NCBI GenBank assembly: GCA_049840735.1
Contig: JASGJN010000020.1
Coordinates: 416,001 to 480,000, forward strand
DNA from: Anaeromyxobacter sp.
Lineage (GTDB): Bacteria > Myxococcota > Myxococcia > Myxococcales > Anaeromyxobacteraceae
Direction: 5' to 3'
DNA: 64,000 bases
Under the pieces are notes generated by a model, which searched no databases, was not told the origin of the DNA, and was given only the letters and a program-made list of their open reading frames with translations. The position numbers and the translations under genes are program-made. This document shows, piece after piece, positions 52,888-62,771 of the stretch (its first letter is position 1; each line of letters begins with the position of its first letter).

Positions 52888-54372
52888 ATGTCGCCTGGTC
52901 CGTGGCCCCGCCATCCAATCCTCTACGAGGTCAACACCTGGGCCTGGCTGGGCGAGGTCTCCGCCCGCGCCGGGCGCGCCGTGGGGCTGGGCGAGGTGCC
53001 CGAGGCGGAGTGGGACGCGCTGGCGGCCTGGAGCGCAGACGCCGTCTGGCTGATGGGGGTCTGGGAGCGGAGCCCGGAGGGGCGGCGCATCGCCCTGGCC
53101 GACCCCGGGCTGGTCCGCAGCTTCGGCGAGGCGCTGCCGGACCTGCGCCCGGAGGCGGACGTGGTGGGGTCGCCCTACTGCGTCCGCCGCTACGTGGTGG
53201 ACGCGCGGCTGGGCGGGCCGGCCGGGCTGGCCGCGGCGCGGGCGCAGCTGGCGCGGCGCGGGATCCGGCTGATGCTGGACCTGGTCCCCAACCACGTGGC
53301 GCCCGACCACCCCTGGACGCGCGAGGCGCCGGACCGCTTCGTGCGCGGCACCGCCGCCGACCTTGGTGCACGCCCCCAGGACTTCCTGCGGGTGGGCGAC
53401 GACGTCTTCGCCCGCGGCCGCGACCCGCACTCCCCGCCCTGGCCGGACGTGCTGCAGCTGAACGCCTTCGCGCCGACGTATCGGCGCGCGCTGGCCGGCA
53501 CGTTGGCGGAGATCGCGGGCCAGTGCGACGGGGTCCGGACCGACATGGCCATGCTGCTGCTCAACCGGATCTTCGCCGCCACCTGGGGAGAGCGGGCCGG
53601 CCCGGCGCCGGCGCGCGAGCTCTGGGAGGAGGTCCTGGGCGAGGTGAGGCGGCGCTTCCCGGGGTTCCGCGTGGTGGCGGAGGCGTACTGGGACACGGAG
53701 TTCGAGCTGCAGCAGCTCGGCTTCGACGCCTGCTACGACAAGCGGCTCCATGACCGCCTGGTCGAAGGCGCCGGCGAGGCGGTCATGCAGCACCTCTCTG
53801 CCGCGCTCCACTACCAGGAGCGGCTGGTGCGCTTCACCGAGAACCACGACGAGCCGCGCGCGGCGGCGGCGCTGGGCGCGCGGTCCCGCGCCGCGGCGTT
53901 GGCGGTGGCCACGCTGCCAGGGGACCGGCTCTTCCACGAGGGCCAGGCCGAGGGGCGCAAGGTGCGCCTGCCAGTGTTCCTGGGCCGCCGGCCGGACGAG
54001 CCGATCGACCTCGGGCTGGCCGACTTCCACCGCCGCCTGCTGGCCGAGGCCGCGCTGCCGGTCTACCGCGAGGGCCGGTTCGCGACCTGCCGCCTCACGG
54101 GCTGGGACGACAACCGCAGCTTCCAGCGCCTGGCGGCGTGGTGCTGGGTCCACGCGGACGAACGCCGGCTGGTGGTGGTCAACCTGGGCGCGGAGCGGGC
54201 CCAGGCCCTGGTGCAGCTTCCCTGGCCGGAGCTGGCGCGGCAGGGGTGCCGGCTGCAGGAGCGGCTCGACAGCCGGGCCTACGAGCGGGCCGGGTCCGAT
54301 CTGGCCGGCCCCGGGCTCTACGTGGACCTGGAGGCGGGAGGCTGGCACCTCCTGTCGGTCGCGTGCACCTGA
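52888..54372 (+). CDS. GH13 alpha-amylase-family glycosidase
   Basis: LYEVNT, GSPY, LDLVPNH, DGVRTDMAM, AEAYW, ENHDE. Confidence 0.9.
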   Translation: MSPGPWPRHPILYEVNTWAWLGEVSARAGRAVGLGEVPEAEWDALAAWSADAVWLMGVWERSPEGRRIALADPGLVRSFGEALPDLRPEADVVGSPYCVRRYVVDARLGGPAGLAAARAQLARRGIRLMLDLVPNHVAPDHPWTREAPDRFVRGTAADLGARPQDFLRVGDDVFARGRDPHSPPWPDVLQLNAFAPTYRRALAGTLAEIAGQCDGVRTDMAMLLLNRIFAATWGERAGPAPARELWEEVLGEVRRRFPGFRVVAEAYWDTEFELQQLGFDACYDKRLHDRLVEGAGEAVMQHLSAALHYQERLVRFTENHDEPRAAAALGARSRAAALAVATLPGDRLFHEGQAEGRKVRLPVFLGRRPDEPIDLGLADFHRRLLAEAALPVYREGRFATCRLTGWDDNRSFQRLAAWCWVHADERRLVVVNLGAERAQALVQLPWPELARQGCRLQERLDSRAYERAGSDLAGPGLYVDLEAGGWHLLSVACT

Positions 54373-54466
54373 GCCGGCTGGCGGCGCTGGCGGTGGCGGC
54401 CCCGGCGGCCTCGGACGAGGGCGACCACCAGGCTGCGCCCGCCACGGCGCCCGCATGCCACCCCGC

Positions 54467-57228
54467 TCAGGCCGGCTCGGCCGCCACCTGGCCCTGCCGC
54501 GCCGCCGAGAAGGCCCTCGCCTTGCCGCCCGCCAGGAAGGTCTGGGCGTCGGTCATGCCGAAGATCCGGATCAGCGTGGCCACCACGCCGGTCCACCCGG
54601 TCTGGTGGGAGGCGCCGATCCCCGCGCCCAGGTCGCCGTGGAAGTACTCGTAGAACAGGATCAGGTCGCGCCAGTGCGGGTCGTCCTGGAACCTGTCCGT
54701 GCCGCCGTACACCGGCCGCCGCCCGCGCGCGTCGCGCAGGAAGATGCTCTCCAGCCGCCGCGCGAGCTCCCGCGCCACCTCGAACAGGTTCATGCGGCGG
54801 CCCGAGCCGGTGGGGCACTCCACCTGGAAGGCGTCACCGTAGAACAGGTAGAAGTTGAGCAGCGCCCGGATCACCAGCGCGTTGACCGGCATCCAGACCG
54901 GGCCGCGCCAGTTGGAGTTGCCGCCGAACATGCCGCTGTCCGACTCGGCCGGCAGGTAGTCCACGCGGTGCTCCTGCCCCTCCACGCGGAAGACGTAGGG
55001 GTGCTCGGCGTGCCAGGCCGAGAGCGCCCGCAGGCCGTACGGCCCCAGGAACTCCCGCTCGTCCAGCATCCGCGCCAGGATCCGACGCAGCCGATCGCCG
55101 TCCACCAGGGCCAGGATGGCCCGCCCGTTCACGGCGTAGGCCTCCTCCCCTGGGCGCAGCCGCTTCGGGCCCGGCGCGTGGATGGAGGCCACCAGCTCCG
55201 GGGAGCGGTCCAGCCGCTCCCGCACGTGGGCCACCAGCCGCGGGACGCGCTCCAGCTCGTGCGGCTCGAAGATGGTGGTGGCGCACAGCGGCAGCAGCCC
55301 CACCATGGAGCGGACCTTGAGCCGCGTGGCGCTGCCGTCGGGGAGGCGGAGCACGTCGTAGTAGAAGCCGTCCTCCTCGTCCCACATCCCGTCGTGGCCC
55401 ACCCGGTTCATGGCCTGGGCGATCCAGAGGAAGTGGTCGGCGAACTTGACCGACAGATCCTCGAAGGCCGGGTCCTCCGCCGCGACCCGCGTGCCGATCT
55501 CCAGCATGGTCTGGCAGAAGAGCGCCATCCAGGCCGTGCCGTCGGCCTGCTCCAGGTGGCCGCCGGTGGGGAGCGGCGCCGAGCGATCGAAGACGCCGAT
55601 GTTGTCCAGCCCCAGGAAGCCGCCCTCGAAGACGTTCTTGCCGAAGCGGTCCTTGCGGTTCACCCACCAGCTGAAGTTGGCCAGCAGCTTGCCGAAGGCC
55701 CGCTTCATGAACTGGAGATCCCCGCGCCCGCGGGTGATCTCCTCCAGCCGGTCGACGAAGAGCGTGGCCCAGGCGTGCACCGGCGGGTTCACGTCGCTGA
55801 AGTTCCACTCGTAGGCCGGGATCTGGCCGCTGGGGTGCAGGTAGACCTCGCGCAGCATGATGTCCAGCTGCTGCTTGGCGAAGTCCACGTCCACGGCCGA
55901 GAGGGCCACGGCGTGGAAGGCCAGGTCCCAGGCCGCGTACCAGGGGTACTCCCACTTGTCCGGCATGGAGATCACGTGGTCGTTGACCATGTGCGCCCAC
56001 TCGGCGTTGCGGAACCCGCCGCCGCCGGCGAACGGATCCCGGCCGTGCTCGCGCAGCCACAGCTCCAGGTCGAAGAAGTAGTACTGCTTGGACCAGAGCA
56101 TGCCGGCCAGCGCCTGGCGCAGCACGCGGGCCTCGTCCGCGCTGGCGGCGGGCGGCGTGAGCGCGCCGTAGAACGCGTCCGCCTCCTGCAGGCGCGCCGC
56201 GAAGATGTCCTCGACCCCGGCGAACGGGGCCGCCAGCTGCGCCGGCGCGCGGTCGCACAGCCGGAGGCGCCAGGTGACGCTCCCGCCGGCCGGGATGCGC
56301 TCGACGCGGTGCGCCGCGGCCTTGGTGCCGATCCGGGCCGGGTTGACGGCGTCGGCGCGCCCACCCACCACCGCCTCGTGGAACGCGTCTTTCACGTAGG
56401 GTGACGGGTTGGGCTGCCCGAAGAGGCGCGCCGCGTTGGTGTCGTTCTCGGTGAAGAGGAGCGGGGCGTCCCCCTCGACGTAGAGCCAGCGCTCGCCCAG
56501 CGTCGCGTGCGAGGCGGCCACCACGCCGGCCCCGCGCCCGGACACCGCGCGCAGCGACGGGCGGGGCGGGTCCTTCCACCAGGACCAGGTGTTGCGGAAC
56601 CAGAGCGTGGGCAGGAGGTGGAGCTCGGCCGGCTCGGGCCCCCGGTTCACGGCGGTGAATCCGGACGCAGGAGATCCTCCGGCCCGGCCTTGGCGTACTC
56701 GACGAAGACGTCGAAGTACCGCTCCTCGTCGAAGGCCCCGGTGTCGAGCAGCTCGTACTCCAGCTCCGTGCGCCCGCGCCGGCCGTTCTCCTGCACCAGC
56801 GCCGCGTACGGGAAGGCGCGCTGCGGGTACTTGTAGAGCCACTTCATGTACGAGTGGGTCGGGGTCGAGTCGACGTAGAAGTAGTACTCCTTCACGTCCT
56901 CGCCGTGGTTCCCCTCGGCGTTGGTCAGGCCGAAGAGCCGCTCCTTGAGGATGGGATCGCGCCCGTTCCACAGCGCCAGCGCGAAGCAGAGCCGCTGCTT
57001 CTCGTCGCTCACGCCCGCCAGCCCGTCCTCGCCCCAGTGATAGGCGCGGGAGCGCGACTGGTCGTGGGAGAAGTAGCTCCAGGCGTTGCCGTCGGCGCTG
57101 TAGTCCTCGCGCACCGTGCCCCACTGCCGCTCGCTCAGGTAGGGTCCCCAGCGCCGCCACGGCACCTCGTGCTCGCGCGCCTCCTGGAGCCGCCGGTTCT
57201 CCGCCGCTGCCGCCGCGTCGCTGGCCAT
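54467..57228 (-). CDS. GH63/MGH1-like glucosidase; two adjacent indels at ~56660-56671
   Basis: [69 protein letters not shown]. Removing two bases gives EDLCVRITAVNRG. Confidence 0.9.
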
Positions 57229-57285
57229 GGGGACCTCCACGCTCGGACTGGCCATGGTCGCGCTCCAGCGCCAATCCTGCGATGG

Positions 57286-57295
57286 GACCAAGGTC
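57286..57295. promoter_or_regulatory. GACCWWGGTC palindromic site in the divergent promoter of the glucosidase and DUF3943 genes
   Basis: GACCAAGGTC, 58 nt upstream of the glucosidase start. Confidence 0.65.
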
Positions 57296-57399
57296 GCGAG
57301 CCCGGACATCTCCACTCGTCCGAGTGAGCCGATGGGGGCCATTGGGCTGATGCCTTCCCCGGCCGGGCTGCGATAGAAGGGGCGCCACCGGAGCCGATC

Positions 57400-58824
57400 A
57401 TGCGCGTCCCCACCCTGCTCGTCGCCCTCGCCCTCCCCGCCGCCGCCCAGGTCCCGGAGGTCCCGGCGCCTCCGCAGCCCGGCCCTGCCGTGGCCCCGTT
57501 GACGCTCGATCCGCAGCTGGTGAGGGATCCGCCCAGGAACTACTGGCTGCCCGTGCTCGAAGGGCCCATCGCCTACAACCTGGCCCAGACCCTGGTGGCC
57601 CGGACCTTCTCCAGCACCGACACGTTCGACTCGACCTGGGACACCTTCGTCGACGCGCTCGACGGGCCCTGGTGGTACGACCAGGACAAGTTCACCACCA
57701 ACCAGTTCGGCCACCCGTACCAAGGCAGCGTCTACCACACGGCCGGCCGCAGCCTCGGGCTCGACTTCTGGGAGAGCTTCCTCAACGCCGAGCTGGGCAG
57801 CTTCCTGTGGGAGACGGGCGGCGGAACCGAGCCGCCCTCGGTCAACGACCAGATCGCCACGCCCATCGCCGGCAGCCTCCTGGGCGAGGTGCTCTTCCGC
57901 ATGGCCTACCGGATCGTGGACGTCCCGGGTGGCGCCGGGTTCTGGCGCGAGGCAGGCGCCTTCGCCGTGTCCCCGGCCACCGGCGTGAACCGGGCCATGT
58001 TCCAGGACCGGTACCGCTTCCAGGACCTGAACCAGCAGCCCTGGTATGGCGAAGGGGGCGCGGGGGTGGGGTTCGGCGGACAGTCCGCCACCGGCGGGGT
58101 CGAAACCTCGCGCAGCGGCGGCCGGCTGGCCGTGCGGGGCGAGCTGGTCAACGGCCTCCCCGGCGGAGCCTGGACCTTCCGCCGCCCCATGGATCACTTC
58201 GACGCCCGCCTCTCCGGCCTCATCGACTCCAACAGCACCACGCAGCAGATGTCGGCCAACCTCACCATCCGCGGGCTGCTGCTCGGCACCAGCTACGGGC
58301 GTCCCGAGGCGCGCGGCCTGTGGGGGATGTTCGGCGCGTACGACTTCCTCACCCCTGGCACCTTCCGCGTCTCCTCCTGCAACGTGACGGTGGGGACGGT
58401 GGGCCAGCGGCCGCTGGGCGGCGGGCTGACGCTGCAGGGCACCGCCTACGCCGGCGTCGGCTTCGGCGCGGGCGGCTCCCTGCCGGAGGCGGTGGAGCGG
58501 CGCGACTACCACCTCGGCCTGCAGGGCGTGTCGCTCTTCGAAGGGAAGCTGTTCTGGGCCGAGCGCTACCGGCTCCGGCTGGGCGCGCGCGGCTACTACA
58601 TCTCCGGGAAGGTCTCGCCCGGAACCGACACGTTCGAGGGGATCGCCTACGCCAGCGCCAATCTCACGGCCCGGCTGGCGGGGCCGCACGCGCTGTCGGC
58701 CGGCTGGACCGGCGCCCGGCGCCGCGCCCAGTACCCCGACCAGCCCGACGTCTTCTCCCACGCCAGCGAGTGGACGGTGAGCTACCTCTACGTCAACGAC
58801 CCGGGGCTGGGTCGGGCCCGCTGA
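57400..58824 (+). CDS. DUF3943-type outer-membrane protein
   Basis: [22 protein letters not shown]...E.PS.ND.I.T...GS.LGE. Confidence 0.85.
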   Translation: MRVPTLLVALALPAAAQVPEVPAPPQPGPAVAPLTLDPQLVRDPPRNYWLPVLEGPIAYNLAQTLVARTFSSTDTFDSTWDTFVDALDGPWWYDQDKFTTNQFGHPYQGSVYHTAGRSLGLDFWESFLNAELGSFLWETGGGTEPPSVNDQIATPIAGSLLGEVLFRMAYRIVDVPGGAGFWREAGAFAVSPATGVNRAMFQDRYRFQDLNQQPWYGEGGAGVGFGGQSATGGVETSRSGGRLAVRGELVNGLPGGAWTFRRPMDHFDARLSGLIDSNSTTQQMSANLTIRGLLLGTSYGRPEARGLWGMFGAYDFLTPGTFRVSSCNVTVGTVGQRPLGGGLTLQGTAYAGVGFGAGGSLPEAVERRDYHLGLQGVSLFEGKLFWAERYRLRLGARGYYISGKVSPGTDTFEGIAYASANLTARLAGPHALSAGWTGARRRAQYPDQPDVFSHASEWTVSYLYVNDPGLGRAR

Positions 58825-58843
58825 GCACGCGGCGGCCGCGGGC

Positions 58844-59917
58844 TCACGCCAGCAGCGGCTCCAGCCAGGCCAGGGCGCGGGCCGGGTCGAAGCGGCTCAT
58901 GCCCTCCGGGAAGAGGAGGTCGGCCATCAGGAAGGCGTCGGCCAGCGGCGGGGTGGTCACGTAGGGCACCGCGATCGAGCGCATGAAGGCGCGCGCCGCG
59001 GCCTCGACGCCGTGGCGCGAGTCCTCGACCACCACGCAGGCCTGCGCCGCCACCCCCAGCCGCCGCGCGGTCTCGAGGAAGATGTCCGGCGCGGGCTTGC
59101 CGCGCGCCACCTCGTCCGCCGAGACCACCACCTGGCACTCCGCCGCCAGCCCCACCCGCGCCAGCAGCCGCTCCAGCACCACCGGGCCTGAGCCCGAGGC
59201 GATGGCCACCGGGATCCCGCGCGCGCGCAGGGCGTCCCAGAAGGCCTTCATGGCCGGGTACAGGTCGGTGCGGGCCTCGGCGTGGGCCAGGTAGAGCGCG
59301 TTCTTGCGGGCCGCCAGCGCCTCCGGGCTCTCGGCCAGGCCGAAGCGGCGCTTGAAGTCGGCCATCATCTCGAGGTTCGACCCGCCGATGTAGCGCGCCT
59401 TGTCCTCGCGGGTGAAGGCGACGCCGTGCGCCGCCAGCAGCTCGCGATCCGCCAGGTAGTAGTTCTCCTCGCTGTCGATGAGCGTGCCGTCCAGGTCGAA
59501 GATGACCGCCTGCACCGGGTGGCGCGGCTCGGGCCGGATCCGGGCCGAGAGCTCCACCACGTTCCCCTCGGGATCGCGCAGCTCCAGCTCGCGGAAGCCG
59601 TCGCCGGTGTCGCGCGGCGGGCGCAGCGCCGGCGGCCCCAGCCCCAGGGCCTGCAGCCGCGCGTGCTCGGCGTCCACGTCCTCCACGTCCAGCGACAGGT
59701 GGTCGGGCGCGTGGGCGCGGTGGGCCGCGAAGGCCGGGTCGCGGGGCCGCTCCAGCAGCTCCAGCTGGATCCCCTCGCGCTCCAGGAAGACGGTGCGCAG
59801 GCCGGGCGAGTTCCGGCTCACGTAGTGGTAGCGGGGGCGGAACCCCAGCGCCTTCCGGTAGAACAGCTCGACCGCGTAGAGGTCGGAGACCTCGATGCCG
59901 ACGTGGTGCAGCTTCAT
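58844..59917 (-). CDS. VOC/glyoxalase domain fused to HAD-family (beta-PGM-like) phosphatase
   Basis: HHVGIEV, ELLE, DHL and DPEGNVVEL, followed by [19 protein letters not shown] and VEDS..G. Confidence 0.85.
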   Translation of the reverse strand: MKLHHVGIEVSDLYAVELFYRKALGFRPRYHYVSRNSPGLRTVFLEREGIQLELLERPRDPAFAAHRAHAPDHLSLDVEDVDAEHARLQALGLGPPALRPPRDTGDGFRELELRDPEGNVVELSARIRPEPRHPVQAVIFDLDGTLIDSEENYYLADRELLAAHGVAFTREDKARYIGGSNLEMMADFKRRFGLAESPEALAARKNALYLAHAEARTDLYPAMKAFWDALRARGIPVAIASGSGPVVLERLLARVGLAAECQVVVSADEVARGKPAPDIFLETARRLGVAAQACVVVEDSRHGVEAAARAFMRSIAVPYVTTPPLADAFLMADLLFPEGMSRFDPARALAWLEPLLA

Positions 59918-59926
59918 CCGGACAGC

Positions 59927-60571
59927 TTACCCGGGATCGGCCTCGCCGTAGGCGCGGGGATCGAGCCCGTGGCGGAAGGCGAGCGAGATGCGCGGCCCGG
60001 CCCGCGCCACCTTGGGCACCGCGTGCTCCCAGGTCCGCTGCGCCGTCCCGCCGGTCACCAGCAGGTCGCCGCGCCCGAGCAGGAAGGCGCGGGAGGTCCC
60101 CCCGCCGCGCGGCCGCAGGAGCAGCTTGCGCGGCTCGCCCAGCGAGACCAGCGCCACCACCGGCTCGGCGAGCTCCTTGCGGATCCGGTCGCCGTGCCAG
60201 GCCACGCTGTCCCGCCCGTCGCGGTAGAGGTTGAAGCCCACCGAGTCGAAGACCACCCCGTAGCGCACGCCCAGCAGCGCGCGCATCTCCTCCACCAGCG
60301 GCGGCTCGAGGGGCCCCTCGTCGCCCAGCGCCCAGCGCGAGGTGAGGCGCGGCTCGAGCACCTCCCCCTGGTGCATGTGGCGGGTGCGCTGGCCCCAGCG
60401 CCGGGCGCGCAGCACCTGCTCGAAGAGCCGGTCGGCCCCGCTCACCCAGCCCGGCGCCAGGTCGATCCAGGCCCGCTCGTCGAGCGCGACGCGCTGGAGC
60501 GTGGCGAAGCCGGGGTCGAGCCCGGGCGGCGCCTGGCCGAAGAGTCCGGGCTGGAAGGGCGTGGTGAGCAC
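59927..60571 (-). CDS. AlkB-family 2OG-Fe(II) dioxygenase
   Basis: NLYRDGRDSVAWHGD, HAVPK, RISLAFR. Confidence 0.9.
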   Translation of the reverse strand: MLTTPFQPGLFGQAPPGLDPGFATLQRVALDERAWIDLAPGWVSGADRLFEQVLRARRWGQRTRHMHQGEVLEPRLTSRWALGDEGPLEPPLVEEMRALLGVRYGVVFDSVGFNLYRDGRDSVAWHGDRIRKELAEPVVALVSLGEPRKLLLRPRGGGTSRAFLLGRGDLLVTGGTAQRTWEHAVPKVARAGPRISLAFRHGLDPRAYGEADPG

Positions 60572-60629
60572 GGCGGGGACGTAACGGCGGCCCCGGGCCG
60601 CTGCTGCGCACCTCCGGGGCGGGGGGCGC

Positions 60630-62522
60630 TCAGCCGTCCAGCCGCACCCCGTCCCGCTCGGCGATCCAGACGCTGGCCCCCTGCGCCTGCTCCGGCAAGG
60701 GGAGCGCGCCGCCCCGCACCACGGCGCGGGCTCCGCTGAAGAGCTCGGTCAGCTCCAGCCCGTCAGGCAGCCCGCCGTGCGCCACCGGCAGCGGCCCGGC
60801 CGGCCGGGGCCGGGCGCCGCGGTGCGCCACCACCAGCACCCGCCCCTCCGCCCCCTCGCGCTGGTAGGCGATGGTGTCCTCCTCCACCGCCAGCGCCTGG
60901 AAGCCGCCCTCCTGCAGCGCAGGGTTGCCGCGCCGGAGCGCGATCAGGGTCCGGTGCAGCCGGAGCAGGTCGTGGTCCCAGCGCGCCGGGTCCCAGATCA
61001 TGCAGCCGCGCTGCTCGAGCCGGGGCACGTCCTGCATCCCAATCTCGTCGCCGTAGTAGATGCTGGGCAGGCCCGGGTAGGTGAACTGGACCACCAGCGC
61101 CAGCTGCTGGAGCGCGCCGCGCCCGGAGAGCGTGGAGCGGATGCGCGAGACGTCGTGGCTGCCCAGCGCGTTGTACTGCTGCAGCGTGAGCGCCCAGGGC
61201 ACCGCCGCGCGGCGGTGGCGCCAGGCCGCCTCCAGCGCGCTGGTGGGGGTGGCGGCCGGCGAGGAGATGGTGCCGACCCGGAAGGCGGTCTGCCGGTAGC
61301 CGCGCAGCCAGTGCCAGAGCGGGAAGGTGAAGCCGGCGTAGTTCATGATGCCGTCCCACTGGTCGCCCTGGAGCGCCGCGGAGGCGTCGAAGAAGTGCTC
61401 GCCCAGCAGGTAGGCGTCGGCGCGGGTGGACTTCACCGCCTGCCGGACGGACCGGGCGATCTCCGCGCCCAGCTGCACCGCGCCCTGCCGCCCCAGCATG
61501 TTGGCCACGTCCACGCGCCAGCCGTCGGCGGCGTAGGGCGGCCGCAGCCAGCGGGTCAGCACCGCGTCCGGGCCGGTGATCATGCGCCGGCGCAGCTCCT
61601 CGCTCCGGTAGTTGAGCTTGGGCAGCGACCAGACGCCGAGCCAGGTGACGTAGTCGTCGGGGTGACGGTCGAAGGTGAAGAACTCGGCCTCGGCGCAGCC
61701 CGGGTCGGCCCGGGCGGCCTGGAACCAGGGGTGGCCGTAGCCGACGTGGTTGGGCACCAGGTCGAGCAGGTAGCGCATGCCGCGGGCGTCCAGCGCCTGC
61801 CGCAGGCGCGCCAGCGCCGCGTCGCCGCCCAGGTGCGGATCGACGTGCTCGAAGTCGGTCACGTCGTACTTGTGGTTCGAGGGCGAGGTGAAGACCGGGT
61901 TCAGGTAGACCGCGTTGACGCCCAGGTCCTCCAGGTGATCGAGGTGCCGGATCACGCCCGGCAGGTCGCCGCCGAAGAAGGTCAGCGCGAAGGGCTGGTC
62001 CTCCGGCGGCGTGGACTCCCAGGGGAAGGTGCGGGGGCGCGCGCCGCGGTACTCGTAGTCCGCCGGCCGCGGGTCGGTGGACGGGTCCCCGTTCGCGAAG
62101 CGGTCGGGGAAGATCTGGTAGAAGACCGCGCCGCGCAGCCAGCCCGGCGGCGGGTGATCGGCCAGCACGCGGAAGTCCGCCGCGTCGAGCGGCTCGTGCG
62201 CGCTGGGCCCGCCGGCGCCGTAGGACCAGACGCCGTCGTCCGCCTCCAGCAGGAAGCGGTAGTGGACGGCGGGCTCGAGGACCTGGAGCGGGCCGTGCCA
62301 CCAGCGGAACGGCCCGCGCGCCGGGCCCGGGGTGAGGGCATGGAAGGACTGCTCGCCGTCGGGCGAGGTGCGGAGCAGCACGCGCCGCACCGGCGCGTCC
62401 GCCCCGATGCGCAGCCGGACCGTGACGGTCTCGCCCAGCGCGGGGTGGAGCTGGGTGAGGTAGCGCGGCGAGCCGTCGTGGTGGACGGTGGCCAGCCAGG
62501 CCGGCTGCGGCGGTTGCGACAC
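60630..62522 (-). CDS. malZ: Maltodextrin glucosidase (GH13)
   Basis: HHDGS N-terminus, FYQIFPDRF, GGDLPG, SNHKYD, DGWRVDVAN, GEHF, GSHD, YYGDE. Confidence 0.85.
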   Translation of the reverse strand: MSQPPQPAWLATVHHDGSPRYLTQLHPALGETVTVRLRIGADAPVRRVLLRTSPDGEQSFHALTPGPARGPFRWWHGPLQVLEPAVHYRFLLEADDGVWSYGAGGPSAHEPLDAADFRVLADHPPPGWLRGAVFYQIFPDRFANGDPSTDPRPADYEYRGARPRTFPWESTPPEDQPFALTFFGGDLPGVIRHLDHLEDLGVNAVYLNPVFTSPSNHKYDVTDFEHVDPHLGGDAALARLRQALDARGMRYLLDLVPNHVGYGHPWFQAARADPGCAEAEFFTFDRHPDDYVTWLGVWSLPKLNYRSEELRRRMITGPDAVLTRWLRPPYAADGWRVDVANMLGRQGAVQLGAEIARSVRQAVKSTRADAYLLGEHFFDASAALQGDQWDGIMNYAGFTFPLWHWLRGYRQTAFRVGTISSPAATPTSALEAAWRHRRAAVPWALTLQQYNALGSHDVSRIRSTLSGRGALQQLALVVQFTYPGLPSIYYGDEIGMQDVPRLEQRGCMIWDPARWDHDLLRLHRTLIALRRGNPALQEGGFQALAVEEDTIAYQREGAEGRVLVVAHRGARPRPAGPLPVAHGGLPDGLELTELFSGARAVVRGGALPLPEQAQGASVWIAERDGVRLDG

Positions 62523-62771
62523 GCGAGGACCTCCTGGACGACGACGCTCCGCGATTTCCGGACCGCGCAGCGCCGCTGGTCACGAAGCATGTTCGTGGCC
62601 TGGACGCACGCCGCGCTGCGACGTGACACCCGGCGCCTGCGCCGGGGTGCGGATGCTCGCATCGGGGAGCACCCCGCGACAAGCTAGCACCTGCCCCACC
62701 CTTCGCCGCACCCCACCTGATCCCCGCAACGGGCTATCCTCCGCACTTCGAGCCAGCGCGGGGGTGGGTGC

